Of a stretch of 64,000 bases of DNA, positions 1 to 12,689 are shown piece by piece. Positions within the stretch are counted from its first letter, which is position 1. Every line of letters starts with the position of its first letter. The position numbers and the translations under genes are program-made. Below the pieces are notes generated by a model. The model was not told the DNA's origin, ran no database searches, and worked only from the letters and a program-made list of their open reading frames with translations. Origin of the DNA: Phyllosticta citribraziliensis (taxonomy: Eukaryota); NCBI RefSeq assembly GCF_038025025.1, contig NW_027117347.1, positions 1-64,000 on the forward strand, in the 5' to 3' direction.

Positions 1-112
1 ACCCTAACCCTAACCCTAACCCTAACCCTAACCCTAACCCTAACCCTAACCCTAACCCTAACCCTAACCCTAACCCTAACCCTAACCCTAACCCTAACCC
101 TAACCCTAACCC
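1..112. repeat. Telomere, (CCCTAA)n, about 18 perfect copies
   Basis: Perfect CCCTAA tandem array from position 1. TTAGGG is the canonical Pezizomycotina telomere repeat. Confidence 0.99.
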
Positions 113-179
113 TTTTCAATCCAGGCTTGCGCGAATCGGACATTCCCTTGGTCTGGGGGAGGTGTCATCCTAAGTAGAG

Positions 180-3100
180 CCATAGTAGAGGGTTTTATTC
201 TAGTTAAAGACTTTAATAAGGAATAGTATATAAGGATATATCTCTAGTAGTTTTAATAGCCTAGACTTTCTCTTTAATTTAAGTATATATAACCTAGATT
301 CTATATAGAGCTAGAGTAGGTACTTCTTAAGTTAGGCCTTAACTAATCTCTTATATAGAGCCCTATCCTAACTAGAGAATTTAGTAGTAAATAGAGTATT
401 AAAAAACTTATTATATAGTTTTATTATACTAGCTCTACTCTTTAATTTAAACTAGTATAAATTTAATTTTATATAGACCCTAGTAGGGAACCTATATAGA
501 TTAAGCTACTAGTATCCTACTAAGCCTAACTTAGAGCTATTTAATAAGGGAAGAAGTATAAGATTATATATTATATAAATATACTACTCTTATATTACTT
601 ATTAATTTAAGCCTATATAATCCTAATTCTATTTAGAATCTAGCTAGGAATTATCTAGCTAAGCTACTATTTAGTACTTAGAGCTAGATCTAGAGAATCT
701 TAATAAGGAATAGATCTTAAAATTATATACTATATAGATTTTTTACTTTAATATTTCTTATTAAAATAAGCCTATATAACCTTAACTTTATATTAATTCT
801 AGCTAGGAACCTATTTATATAGGGCTACTACTTAGAATCCTCTAAATTAGACCTAGGAATCTTAATAAGGAATAATATATAAAATTATATAATTTATAGC
901 TTTATTTTTCTTATTAGTCTTATTAAAATAAGTCTATATAACCTAGACTAGAAGCTATTTTAGGTACTAAACTCTTTTAATATAAGTAGTATATAGTAGA
1001 GCCCTATACCTAAGCTAAACTTCTTAGGGAATAGATTATATAAGAATCTATTTTATATACTATTCTAAACTAGCCTAACTATTAAATTAAGCCTATATAA
1101 ACCTAAATTTATAGGAATTTAAGTAAGGTATTAGTCTAGACTAAATATAAGATAAAAACCCCTTTACTTCTCCTATTTAATAAATCCTTAGCTAAGTAGT
1201 AATTAACTAAATAGGTTTATTACTTTTAATATACTCTCTTAAGGGAAGATATATAATTACTAGTCTATTAATATCTAGGTTTATACTTATCTAAGGCTAA
1301 ACCCTTTATAGGATCTAATATAAAACCCCTATTAATATAAAAAGCTACTAAGTAATAGAGTATAGGGCTTCTAGTCTTATAGTTTTATTATATTTAAGGT
1401 ACTCTTTAAAATAAGCCTATATAATTTTAGATTTATCTAGCTTTAGACCTTATCCTTATTTAAGACTACTCCTTATATAAGACCTCTATTAATATAAAAA
1501 ATATACTTAAAGAAAAAGAGTAAGATCTTATATCTTATAGCTTTATTAAGTTTAAAGTACTCTTTAAATTAAAGTAGTACTATTTTAAATTCCTCTATTT
1601 ATAGATCCTATCCTTATTTAAGGCTATATCTTATATAGAATCTCTATTAATATAAAGAACTTACTTAATAATAGACTATAAAAGCTCTTATCTTATAGCT
1701 TTATTAAGTTTAAGGTACTTTTTAAATTAAAGCTATATAATTCTAGATTTCTCTATTTATAAATCTTATCCTTATTTAAAGCTATATCTTATATAGGACC
1801 CCTACTAATATAAAGATTTTATTAAGAAATAGAGTATAAAGGAATTTTAATAATAGTTTACTTAATATAAAGGTCCTCTTTAAAATAAGCCTATATAATT
1901 ATAAATTCCTTTATTTATAGATCTTATCCTTATTAAAGGCTAGGCTTTTTATAGGTCCTATATATAACCCTTACTAATATAAAGAACTTACTTAAAAGTA
2001 AAATATAAGGCGCCTAATCTTACTATCTTATTAAATTTAAGATATACTTTAAAGTAATTTTATATAAATTTAAAATTTCTAGCTTTAAACCTTATACTTA
2101 TTTAAGAGGTTAAAATATATATAGACTCCTATATAGAGCCCTTCTTAAAAGATATACTTAATAAAGACTAGAATATAAGGTCTTATAAATTATAATTTTA
2201 TTATATTTAAGGTACTATTTAAATTAAGGCTATATAAATCTAAATTCTTCTACTACTAGGCCCCTTACTTAGCTAATTAAAATATACCTTAATATTTACT
2301 AGATACTCTTTAAGAACTTAATAAGGACTAAAATATAAGGCCCCTATCTTACTATTTTATTAAATCTAAGGGTCCCTTTAAAATAAGCCTATTTAAATCT
2401 AGATTTTTTAGATCTATATCTCCTATTTACCTAATTAAAATATATATTAAGGCCTACTAGATACCCTTAATAAGGCGCCTTTAATAAGGATTAAACTATA
2501 AGATCTCTTCTCTTATACTCTTTTCCTATTTAGTATACTCTTTAAAATAAGCCTATATAATTCTAGGTTCTTCCTATTCTAGGCCTATTATTTACTTAAA
2601 GGTTAACCTATATAGAATATACCTATAAGATAAACTTAATAAGGATTAAAGTATAAGATATCTTTTCTTATAGCCTTTTCTAGTTTAATATACTTTTTAA
2701 AATAAGCCTATATAATACTAAATCTATTAAGGTTTAGGCCTATTATATACCTAAAGATTAATCTATATAAAACGCCCTATAAGGTAAACTTAATAAGGAT
2801 TAGAGTATTAGATTTCTAGTCTTATAGCTCTATTTAGTTTTAAATTCTCTTTAAAATAAGCCTATATAATTCTAGATCTCCTCTATTCTAAGCCTAATAC
2901 TTATTTAAAGGTTAACCTATATAGAATACCCCTATAAGGTAAACTTAATAAGGATTAAAATATAAGATTTCTAGTATTATACCCTCTTCTAGTTTTAAAT
3001 TCTCTTTAAAAAGAGCCTATATAATTCTAGACTCCTTTAATACTAGGCCTATTACTTATTTAAAGGCTTAACCCTATACTAATTTCTCCTATAAGGTAAA

Positions 3101-6100
3101 TAAGATAAGGACTAGAGTATATAGCTTTTTAATTAGATTTATTATCTACTTTAATATGCCCTTTAAAACTAGCCTATATAATAATACTAAATCCCTTAGG
3201 GGTAAGGCCTTTTACTTATTTATAGGCTAACTTATATAAGATTCCCCTCTATAGAGAACTTAATAAGGGCTAAAATACTATACTTTTAACTTAATAGTCT
3301 TATTAAATTTAACTTTAGCTTAAAAATAAGCCTATATAACTCTAGATCTATTTAGGTTTAGGCCTTTTTCTCTTATAGGGGTTAAAATATATATAGATTC
3401 TTATAGAAAATACTTCCTTAATAGTAATTTTAATAGATAATAAAGAGTAATACTTCTTATTTAATAGTCTTTTTAAATACTACTTCTCTTATAAAATAAG
3501 CTAGTATAATCTTAATCTTATCTATTTATAGAGCTCTTTACTAATAAAGTCTAACTTTAAAGAGGCTACGTCCTACTAGATCTACTTATTAATAAGTATA
3601 CTAATATACTTCTACTTATAATATCTTATTAGTCTAGCTATAATCTCTTAATTAAACTAAGTTTCTAACTAGTTTTCTAATAGTATAGCTTATATCTACT
3701 TAGGCTAAAAAATAGGTAAAACTCCTCTACCTATAAGACTAGCTTAGTAAGAATAGTAATATAAAAGTTTCTAGCTAGTAGTATTATTAATTAAGCCCTA
3801 ATAATTTAAATAAGACTATATATTCTAGTTAGCTCCTATTTTCTATACTAAATATATATATTTTAGCTTATAGGGGAGAGCCTTACTTATAAGAGTAACT
3901 CTTTATATATATAATATATAATAGATTATCCTCTCTTATAAATCTTTATAAAAGGCCTTAAATATTTAGTAGAAAATAGTATAAGACTAATTCCCTATCT
4001 ACTTTTAACTACTTTTACTTTTTTATACTTAAGGTTAACTCTTATATAGAACCTACTATTTTTATATCTAACTTAATAAGTAGTATTAAAATAGGTATCT
4101 TTTATTATCTTCTACTTAATCTAGTAATACTCTTTTAACTAGATAAAGAAGTATAAAAGGAGGATAGTCCTAGACTTATATAGGCTAATTATTAAGTAGC
4201 TACTATATAGCCTACCTCTCTTTTAAAACTAAGATAAGTAGACTACTAGTAATCTAGTAACTAGATACCCTTACTAATTTAGCTATTCTATTTTATATAG
4301 AGCTATATAAATATTAATTTCCCCTATAGGTCCTAGATTATTAGTACTTAGGTCTAGACTATAAAGCGCCTACTATAATAGTACTAACTAAATAAACTAA
4401 GTATTTAAAAAGGCTTCTTTATTAGTCCTAACTACTATAGCTATCTCTTAATTTAAGAGGAGCTAAAAGAGTAAATCCTTTAATACTTTTTAAAATCTTA
4501 ATTTTTTAAGTTTACTACTAATTAATATCTACCCCCTACTTAGTCTTTTAATAGATAATATAGTATAAGTATATTTAATACCTATATTTTACTTATCTTA
4601 ATCTACTCTTTTAAATAATACTATATACTTATAAGTAGTATAGAACTCTAGCCTCTATATTAGTTAAATATTCTATAGAAGCCTACCTATATACTATTAT
4701 AAGATAAACTTAATAGATAAGTAATAGTACCTAGATTTCTTACTTACCTAGAGTTAATTAACCTTACCTATTTTAATAAAACTTATATACTTATAAGAGG
4801 TCTACTCCTAAGGCCTTAATAGGCTTAGGTTAATACTATATAAAACTTACTAGTAAGAGATTCTAATAGGTAATAAAGTATAAAGTATACTTATTACTAT
4901 TTCTAGTTAGTTTTCTAGTACTCTTAAAATAAAAGCTATATAAACTAGGAAATATATTAGTACTTACTTAATAGACTAATATATCTACCTTAACTCTTAT
5001 ATATACTACTATAATACTAACTAGATAAGAAATATAGTATAACTAGTATCTCTAGTTACTCTAGCTAAGTTTAAGATGCTCTTTTATAGGAGCCTATATA
5101 ACTTAGAAATTCTTTATTTTTACTTAAAATATTTAATCTTTTCCTAGCTTAACCTAGCCCTACTACTAGTTAAAACCCTTACTAGATAGTATAATAAGAA
5201 ATTCTATAATAGTTCCTATCTTTATAGTTTCTAGCTAAATCTATTATACTCTATAATAGGAATCTATATAAATAAGAAATTTCCCCCCCCTTTCTAAATA
5301 GTTAAAAGAATTATTATTTAGCCCCTATTTAGGTCTATTAGCTATAATCTTAATAAGAAATAGATTATAAAGCTTATCTCTACTATTTTCTTTTAATCTA
5401 GGCCTACTCTATATAATAAGACTATATATTCTTAAAAAACTCTTATACTTTATTTTAAACTAGTCTTAAATAACTACCTAGAACTCCTTATTTAACTTTA
5501 ATAATTTAACTAGTAAGCACCTTAGAATACTATATTTTACTTAGAAGGGGTTTTAAATAGACTAAAAATTAAAATCTAAGTTAAGGAAGAGTCTATATAG
5601 TCCTACTCTTTAAGTACTTTAAACTATTTATATCTACTACTAGAAAGGTACTATTATAAGGGAGGAAATAACTAGGTATTATATAATACTATACTTATTA
5701 CTCCTAGAGTATATTTTACTTATTCTTTAATTTAAGACTATATAATCTTATCTAGCTACTTAGTAACTACTTAAGGCAGCCTAGGTTAACTCCTATATAA
5801 ATAGCTAAAGAAGATAACTTAATAAGCTACCTTATATAAACCTAGCTTTTATTACTTTTTAACTAATTAGAATATACTCTTTAAGCTAAAAAGAGTATCC
5901 TTATACCTATTCCTTTCTATAACTTAATTTAGCCCCTAGTAATATTAGCTAGAACTAGGCCTATAACTCTTTTAATAAGTACCTTTTTATAAGGCCTCTT
6001 TTTACTCTAGCTCTATTAATTTAACCTTCCTCTTTTAAATAGACCTATATACTACTAAGGTAACTTATATAGAGCTTAATTAAGCCTAAACTTAATACTA

Positions 6101-8590
6101 GCCTCCTACTTCTTATAAATAATAGTACCTATTAAAAACTACTATATAAAGGAATTACTAGCTACCCTAGGCTTAGATTCTATTATACTTTTAGGTAAGC
6201 CTATATATTTTAGACTAGACTAGTATAGTACTTATACTTAATATAGTAAGATAGAGATATTATATATAGTAGTTTATTTAATAATTTAATAAATATAGTC
6301 CTATATTTTACCTCTTTAAGTATTTCTAACCTAGCTTTATTTACTAATTCTAGTATACTATACGCTTTATACCTAGCCTTAGGGTACCTAATTCTACTAA
6401 TATTAAAGTACTTAATAGATATACTTTATAGGGACCCTTAATAGAAAATATTATATAAGGTATTTCTAGTATACTTTATATAAAACTCGCCTTACTCTTT
6501 CTAGAAATACTATATACTTAGTACTAGACCTATTTAGTACTTATAATAGGTCTAAGTAGTTAATTTATAAGTAAATACGCCCTATATAAGAATTAAATAA
6601 GTATAACCTAGTATAAGTCTCTACTATATAGATTTAGTAGTACTATTCTTACTCTTTTAAAGGAGACTATATATTTAGGGTCTTAATAAAAGTAATAAGC
6701 TTCTTAACTTAAAATTTTAGCTTATATACTTATTTAGCTATATATTTAAGTAGCTTATTATACCTTTTAAATAGGCTATTAGTTCTTTTACTAGTCTTTT
6801 CTAATATAGCCTTTTTTATTCTTTAGAAAAGGGAACTTACTTTAAGAGTATTTAAGAACCTACCTCTTTTCTCTTAAGATATACTTTATAGCCTACTAAA
6901 AGACCTTCTACTTAGGGATAATAATAACTATTACCTTTTAAAGTATTATTTTATTAGTATCTAATATAGAATTCTTTACTCTTTTAAATAAGCCTATATA
7001 ATTCTAAATCTAGTTAATATAGCCTATACTATATTACTAGAATAGTCTATACTAGGTACTAGGTAGGATACTAATATAATAACTCTATAACTAAAGTAGC
7101 TAATAAGCTTATAGTGCCCTTATTTAATTTACCCTTACTTAGGTATATAAGAAATTATATTAATAAATATACCTAAGTAATATTTAGCTAGAAATAAGAC
7201 CTAATATATTTTAGACTACTAGCTAAGTAGATAAGTAATAGAGTATAAAGCCTTTAAATAACCTTTTTAGATATAGAATTCTACTCTTATTTAAAATAGC
7301 TTATATATTTTAGGGTAGACCTATTTTATAGGAGATATAACTAAAAGTATAGCTAGAAATAGCTTATTATAAAATACTAACTAACCCTATTAAAGAGTAA
7401 AGTAGATAGGTAAGATAGATTATATAACTTATCTTACTACTTTTAACTCTAAATTCTTAATATTTTAGCCGGCCCTATAGAACCTAGTCTAGACTTATAT
7501 TACTAGTACTTTATCTAACTTTTTATAAAATACTATAAAGGTAGGGCCGTCTAAGGGTAATTTAACTAGTATTATAGCTAGAATAGTAGTCTTTATTACT
7601 TCTAGCTAGGTTAAGGGTACTAACTCTATAAAGAATATACTTTTAGGATTAGAATTATCTATTTAGAACTTATATTAGCTTATATTAACTATATTATAAG
7701 ACGTCTTATAACTAAGAACTTAATAAAGAATAAGGAGTAAAGAATTACCTTAGACTCTTTTTACTTATCTAGTATAACCCTTATAAATAGGACTATATAA
7801 TTCTAAAACTTTACTATAGTACTAGCTTTAGATATTTAGATAAGATATAGATCTTTATAAGTAGCTAGAATTAAATAATACTAAGCTATTTAGCTTCTTC
7901 TTAACTAGATTCCTACTCTTTAAGCTTTACTTTTTCTAGTACTAAGGGTATAGTAGTAATCTAAACTTATTTAGACTTTCTATAAGTAGGAATTAAATAG
8001 GTAAAATCTTATAAGAGGGTAAACCTAGCTAATTATATTACTTATAACCTTTTATCTATTATATTCTATTAATTAGACCTTACTCTTTTAAATATATATA
8101 TACTCTCCTAAGTTAACTATAGTATTAGTATAGGCAGGCCTAAATATTAAGAATAATAGAAGATACTATATCTATACTAACTAGATAAGAAATATAGTAT
8201 AATAGCTAATTATAGTCTAAACCTACTAAGTATAAGTCGCTCTTTAATTTAGATATATATATTTTAAGGAGGAGGCGTACCCTATAACTTTTTAATACTA
8301 AGCTATATATTTAGTAAAAGTCGCCTAGTAATAGTATATCTATAGAATTTTAGTACTATAACTTTAAATACTCCCTTAGATTAAGCCTTAGACTTAAGGA
8401 AGTTAAAAGATTAGGTAGTTAAATAGGCTATAAAGATAATTATAGTATTAGAAGGGACGGCCTACCTAGGAGAGTAATAAGGATAACTACTATCTTAAAG
8501 GAGACTCTTTAATTCCTATCTATCTAGGACTCTTCCTCTATAGTCTTAGAGGATACCTTTAAACTAATGCCTTAGGAGACTTTTTAATCA
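180..8590. other. RIP-mutated AT-rich block
   Basis: CpA/TpG (and CpG) almost absent, large TpA excess, no ORFs. C>T/G>A conversion is visible when these units are compared with unmutated array units. Confidence 0.95.
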
Positions 8591-9488
8591 CTACCCGGCC
8601 CGAGAAATTTCTATAATTAGTGGCGCTGCGTCGACTTAGACGCGTTTGCTATACCTCTCCTAAGAAGCGTTCATCTGCCACGACAACACCTTAGGAGCAG
8701 TCGTCTGTCGCCCATCATCTTCCTACTGCCCGCGAGGAGCATTCAGGCACCTGGTGGCCATGGAAACCAACTAAAGGCGGCTGCGGCTGGTGGTCGACTC
8801 TGAACCAACCACCTTCATCGCCAACACACACCACTCGACAATGCGACGAGATTAAATGCCCCAATCACAGGAAATAGGCAAATAGGCTACGCTCGTTCCA
8901 TCTACGGTCGCAAGAGGGCAGCCACGGGCTTCAGCGGTTGGCCCCCAAATGCGCCGCCAGCCCGTCGCAACGCCGCGAATGTTACAACCAGCTCCACACT
9001 GATCCTGCAGCGCCCTTCCCATGGGAAATAGGAAATAAGACATTGCCCTCTCTACTGGGTGCGTTTGAGACCCGGCCGCGGGCGTCTGGCGGTCTGGTGC
9101 GAGGCTCACGTCCAACCCGTTTCACCACCAGCACGTGCCCCAAGCATACAGTGACCACAGAAGCCGTGCTCCTACATGAACCAAGCAAAGAAATGTCCCT
9201 CTTCCTATTGGGGCTTGAAAGCAGCCGGCGCCGGGAGTGTGCGGCCTCGTTTCGAGCCCGGCCTCACCCCGTGTCGACCACCACCCACCACGGCTCGCCC
9301 GCCGTTGGTCTAATCGATTATCTATTGCGCAGACTTCTTGGGAGACTTTCAATCTACCGGCCCACCAAGTTTCTGGTGGGATAGAGGACTCTGCGGACTG
9401 GAAACCTGACCGGATCACCCAGCCGGAAATCCCTGCACCGAGTATCTTCACGCAGACTGGCTGGGACTCCGATCGATTCATAGTCGAA

Positions 9489-9590
9489 GACGTCGTCCTT
9501 TGGATGAGGGAGGACATCAGTGCGCCGTTTGCCCGGGGACGTCGTCCTTTGGATGAGAGAGGACATCAGTGCGCCGTTTGCCCGGGGACG
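9489..9590. repeat. 49-bp tandem duplication (2 copies)
   Basis: GACGTCGTCCTTTGGATGAGRGAGGACATCAGTGCGCCGTTTGCCCGGG occurs twice head to tail with one mismatch. Confidence 0.95.
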
Positions 9591-11374
9591 CCATGGTCGC
9601 GGGAATGAAAGAGTGTTGCGGGTCTGGTGGTGGAGAGTTGGAGTAATGCCGTGCTGGTTGACAGCCTGGTTGGCTACTGCTCTTATAATCTACTAAATGA
9701 ACAGTTCTCTTTCAGACAGAAGTGGTCTCCTCAGCTCCCGGGGCGGGTTTCGCTTTGCGCAGCTCATGCGGGCCACACAGGGCTCGCCGACGACCTCCCT
9801 GATGCGCAGCTACCCCAGTCTTCGAGCGCAAGGCTCCCAATTCCATGGGAATACGGAGAAATATGAGCTCTTTTGAATTGGCCTGCGCGGTTTGGGAAGG
9901 AGCCTGTTAGTCGCAAGCCCCAGACCAGCTTTCCGCGAGTTCATCCACTCCCCATGGCCAACCGGCGACACTTTGATCAGCATTCGAGCCCCAAGCCTGT
10001 TATTTCGCGAAAATGTCAATTCGGCCGTCCTTTTCAAGATGGGCTTGCGCGCCTTTGTCGTTCTCAGCTCCTCCCGTTTAACAGGGGAGTATCTGAATCC
10101 GCTGAACTCGCCGTCGTTACTCACTGTCGATACCCTCTTGACGGGTACCAGAGTACGAGGCCTGTCTTGCTGCAGAATTTCCAATTGGACAGTGCTCTTT
10201 TCAACGGGACCGCGCGATCCGGACTATGCGCAGAAGGCCAACCCAGACCGCACCCTAGCCCGCCCCGACCACACCCTTCGGCCAGCAGATTCGTCACCCT
10301 TGCAGTGCGAAATCCAGTCTCGCACGGGTCTACCAAAGAGACTGCGCCGATTCGAATGAGCCATGACTCGTGACCATCAGATCAGGACTTTCCTGCATAC
10401 GGAACCCCACAACACTGCCTGCAAAACGAGGGAAGAGGAGCAAGAGATGAGCACAAACGCGCGAGGCAAACTTTTTATACGGATCGAATCAGAAAATTCG
10501 CCTCTTCAAGATGAGCCTGCGCGCGAGCGACCGGAACAGTAAGGCACTTGTATTTGTCCCCGGAAGTGCCACCGCCTGCAAAACAAACCAGGCAGAGAAC
10601 TTTTCCGAAGCCAGGCGGGGCCCAGAGAGGCTTTATAAAACCTTCCAGGCAGCGCCGCTCTTTCGATTGGTACTGCGCGATCCCGAGAAGAGTCGTTGGA
10701 TGGGTTGAACTTGTCCCGGACGGCAACCTCCGAAGGTCTCTTCGTCAGGGTAGGAATCCGGGACTTGGGAGAGAGGGACTTTAGATTTTGGCATGAGCCA
10801 GCTTAGAAAGGTCCGCTCTTCAAGAATTGGGGCTGTTCTCCCGCGCCGGAGACGTGGTTTGCCTCAGGGTGGCCCGGGGCATCACCCACCAAAACAGGAC
10901 CAGCGGCAGTTAGCTGGGTATTTGAGAACGAGGAGCCGGCTTACTACCAATCGAATCGGAAAATCCTCCTCTTTCAATGGGACATGCGCATTCTGGGTCC
11001 ACATCTGGTGCTCCACGAGTACTGTCCCAGGATGACACCACGAGCAAAACAGCCCCACCGGGATTCTAGCTGGATATTTGAGAGCGAAGGGCCGTTCCCT
11101 CGCCAATTGAATTAGAAACCTCCCCTCTTCCCATGGGACACGCGCGTTCTGCGTCCGCATCTAGTGCTTCACGAGATCTCTTCCTGCATAATGGACCCAC
11201 CAGCAAAACAGGACGAGCAGAAGTAGAGCTGGATTTTTGAGCGCCAAGTTCCGTTTCCTCGTCAATTGGGTCACGAGCCTCCCCTCTCGAAAGTTAACCT
11301 GCGCATTCAGGCCAGAGCCATGGTTCCTTTTCAATCGGGCAAACTCACAACACGTCCATCATGCGAGCATCCAG

Positions 11375-11706
11375 CGCAGAAGAAGCGAAGCGACTGGTGA
11401 GAATAGGATATGGAAAGGCACAACGCGACCTGCCGGAGCTCGCAGATGGACGCAGAAGAAGCGAAGCGACTGGAGGTTGGAGGAGGGGAGCACTCGACAA
11501 ACCAGAGCTCGCGGATGGACGCAGAAGAAGCGAAGCGACTGGAGGGTGGAGGAGGGGAGCACTCGACAAACCAGAGCTCGCGGATGGACGCAGAAGAAGC
11601 GAAGCGACTGGGGGTGGAGGAGGGGGAGCACTCGACAAACCAGAGCTCGCAGACGGACGCAGAAGAAGCGAAGCGACTGGGGGTGGAGGAGAGGGAGCAC
11701 TCGACA
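11375..11706. repeat. 69-bp minisatellite (~4 near-identical copies plus a partial one)
   Basis: CGCAGAAGAAGCGAAGCGACTGG starts at 11375, 11451, 11520, 11589 and 11658. It explains the overlapping repetitive ORFs in all frames. Confidence 0.95.
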
Positions 11707-12689
11707 GCCTGTGCACTGGAGAGCCACCCGCGGTGCGATCTCCCCTCCTGACTCGAGATCTCGACGAACAAACGTCCGCGAAGGCTTAGAATTGGATGTT
11801 TAATCAAAGGACCTCTACAAACAAGGATGGGACTGCGCAATGTTGAAATTATCTAGATCTACCAATGTCTGCCGCGACTATGCACGGGGCATCAAGTACA
11901 GCCAGAATGAGGCCAATCATGTCCGGCACTGTCCTGAATAGGCTCGGACTACGTTTTGCAACCTCAGCGGCCTCGAAAGCGTGGGACCAAGGACCTCCTC
12001 TCCAGATCCCGCCTGGTGGCAAAAGACAAGCCCGTTGACGTCCGGAAGAGGCGTCCACTGTCAACTCTGTCTACTTCTTTGCCAGTTTTTCCTCTTGCCG
12101 ACGCAGCTTCATCTCCACGCTTGCGTTTCGTGCCCTGTGGGCCATGCTCTCCCTTCTCTCCGTCACGAGATTGTCTGGTGGGCCGGCATCATCAAGAGCG
12201 ATGGCTGAGTGGTGTCAGGAGTGGGCCGAGACGTGGGCCCAGGATCAGATACCTAGGATTGGAGCGCAGAGCTCGGCTGGCCTGTCCAAGACCTTCTGTA
12301 GGTCTAGAAAGTAGATAAGAGTATGTTTGGGCGACTGGGGATCTGTCGGAAAGCCAATGGGGCTGCCTAGTGTCTTGCCCGTCGGCCAAACCGCATTCGA
12401 CAAGTAGTATTTAGCGCTCCCTCACTCCTTTCCCGCTTCCCCCCAAACTTTGTAGGCTTCTTCTATAGACATCATGTGATAGGTAAAAGGTTGTTTCTTG
12501 CTTGCCGCTGTGATACCGCGCTGCCCACAGCCCAAAAGCCGAATCCACTCAACGACAGTTCACGGTTCCTCGTCAAAGCATGTATTTTGTGGCTTCCAAC
12601 TCTGTCCGTCCCTAGTTTAGAGTGGTTATGACATGCTGCGATGCTTTGTGCGCCAAAAAGACCCCTACCCGGTCCGAAATGCTTCGAAT

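Larger units (their letters stand above)
111..11340. repeat. Subtelomeric degenerate tandem array, ~158 bp period, ~70 units
   Basis: Unmutated motif copies: 111 CCTTTTCAATCCAGGCTTGCGCG, 9867 GCTCTTTTGAATTGGCCTGCGCG, 10028 TCCTTTTCAAGATGGGCTTGCGCG, 10194 GCTCTTTTCAACGGGACCGCGCG, 10500 GCCTCTTCAAGATGAGCCTGCGCG, 10657, 10968 CCTCTTTCAATGGGACATGCGCA, 11123, 11282. The RIP form CTCTTTAAAATAAGCCTATATAA recurs at ~269, 437, 598, 757, 917, 1078, 1234, 1401, 1559, 1717, 1875, 2046, 2214, 2373, 2537, 2692, 2846, 3001, 3158, 3316, 3485 and on to 5078, 6029, 6186, 6651, 6978, 8238. Spacings are not multiples of 3. The register is harder to follow at ~8400-9800. Confidence 0.9.

Noticed and set aside
111..11340. 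Hammerhead-ribozyme or Penelope-like terminal repeats (cttaataag read as RIPed CTGATGAG, tttaaaa as CGAAA)
   Set aside because: Unmutated units read TTGATCAG/TTGACGGG and TTCAA, not CTGANGA...GAAA, and no Penelope RT is visible.
111..11340. CRISPR array, or a ~53-aa repeat protein gene
   Set aside because: The context is eukaryotic, there are no cas genes, the motifs are degenerate and the interiors are related to each other. Spacings such as 154, 155, 157, 158 and 161 break frame.
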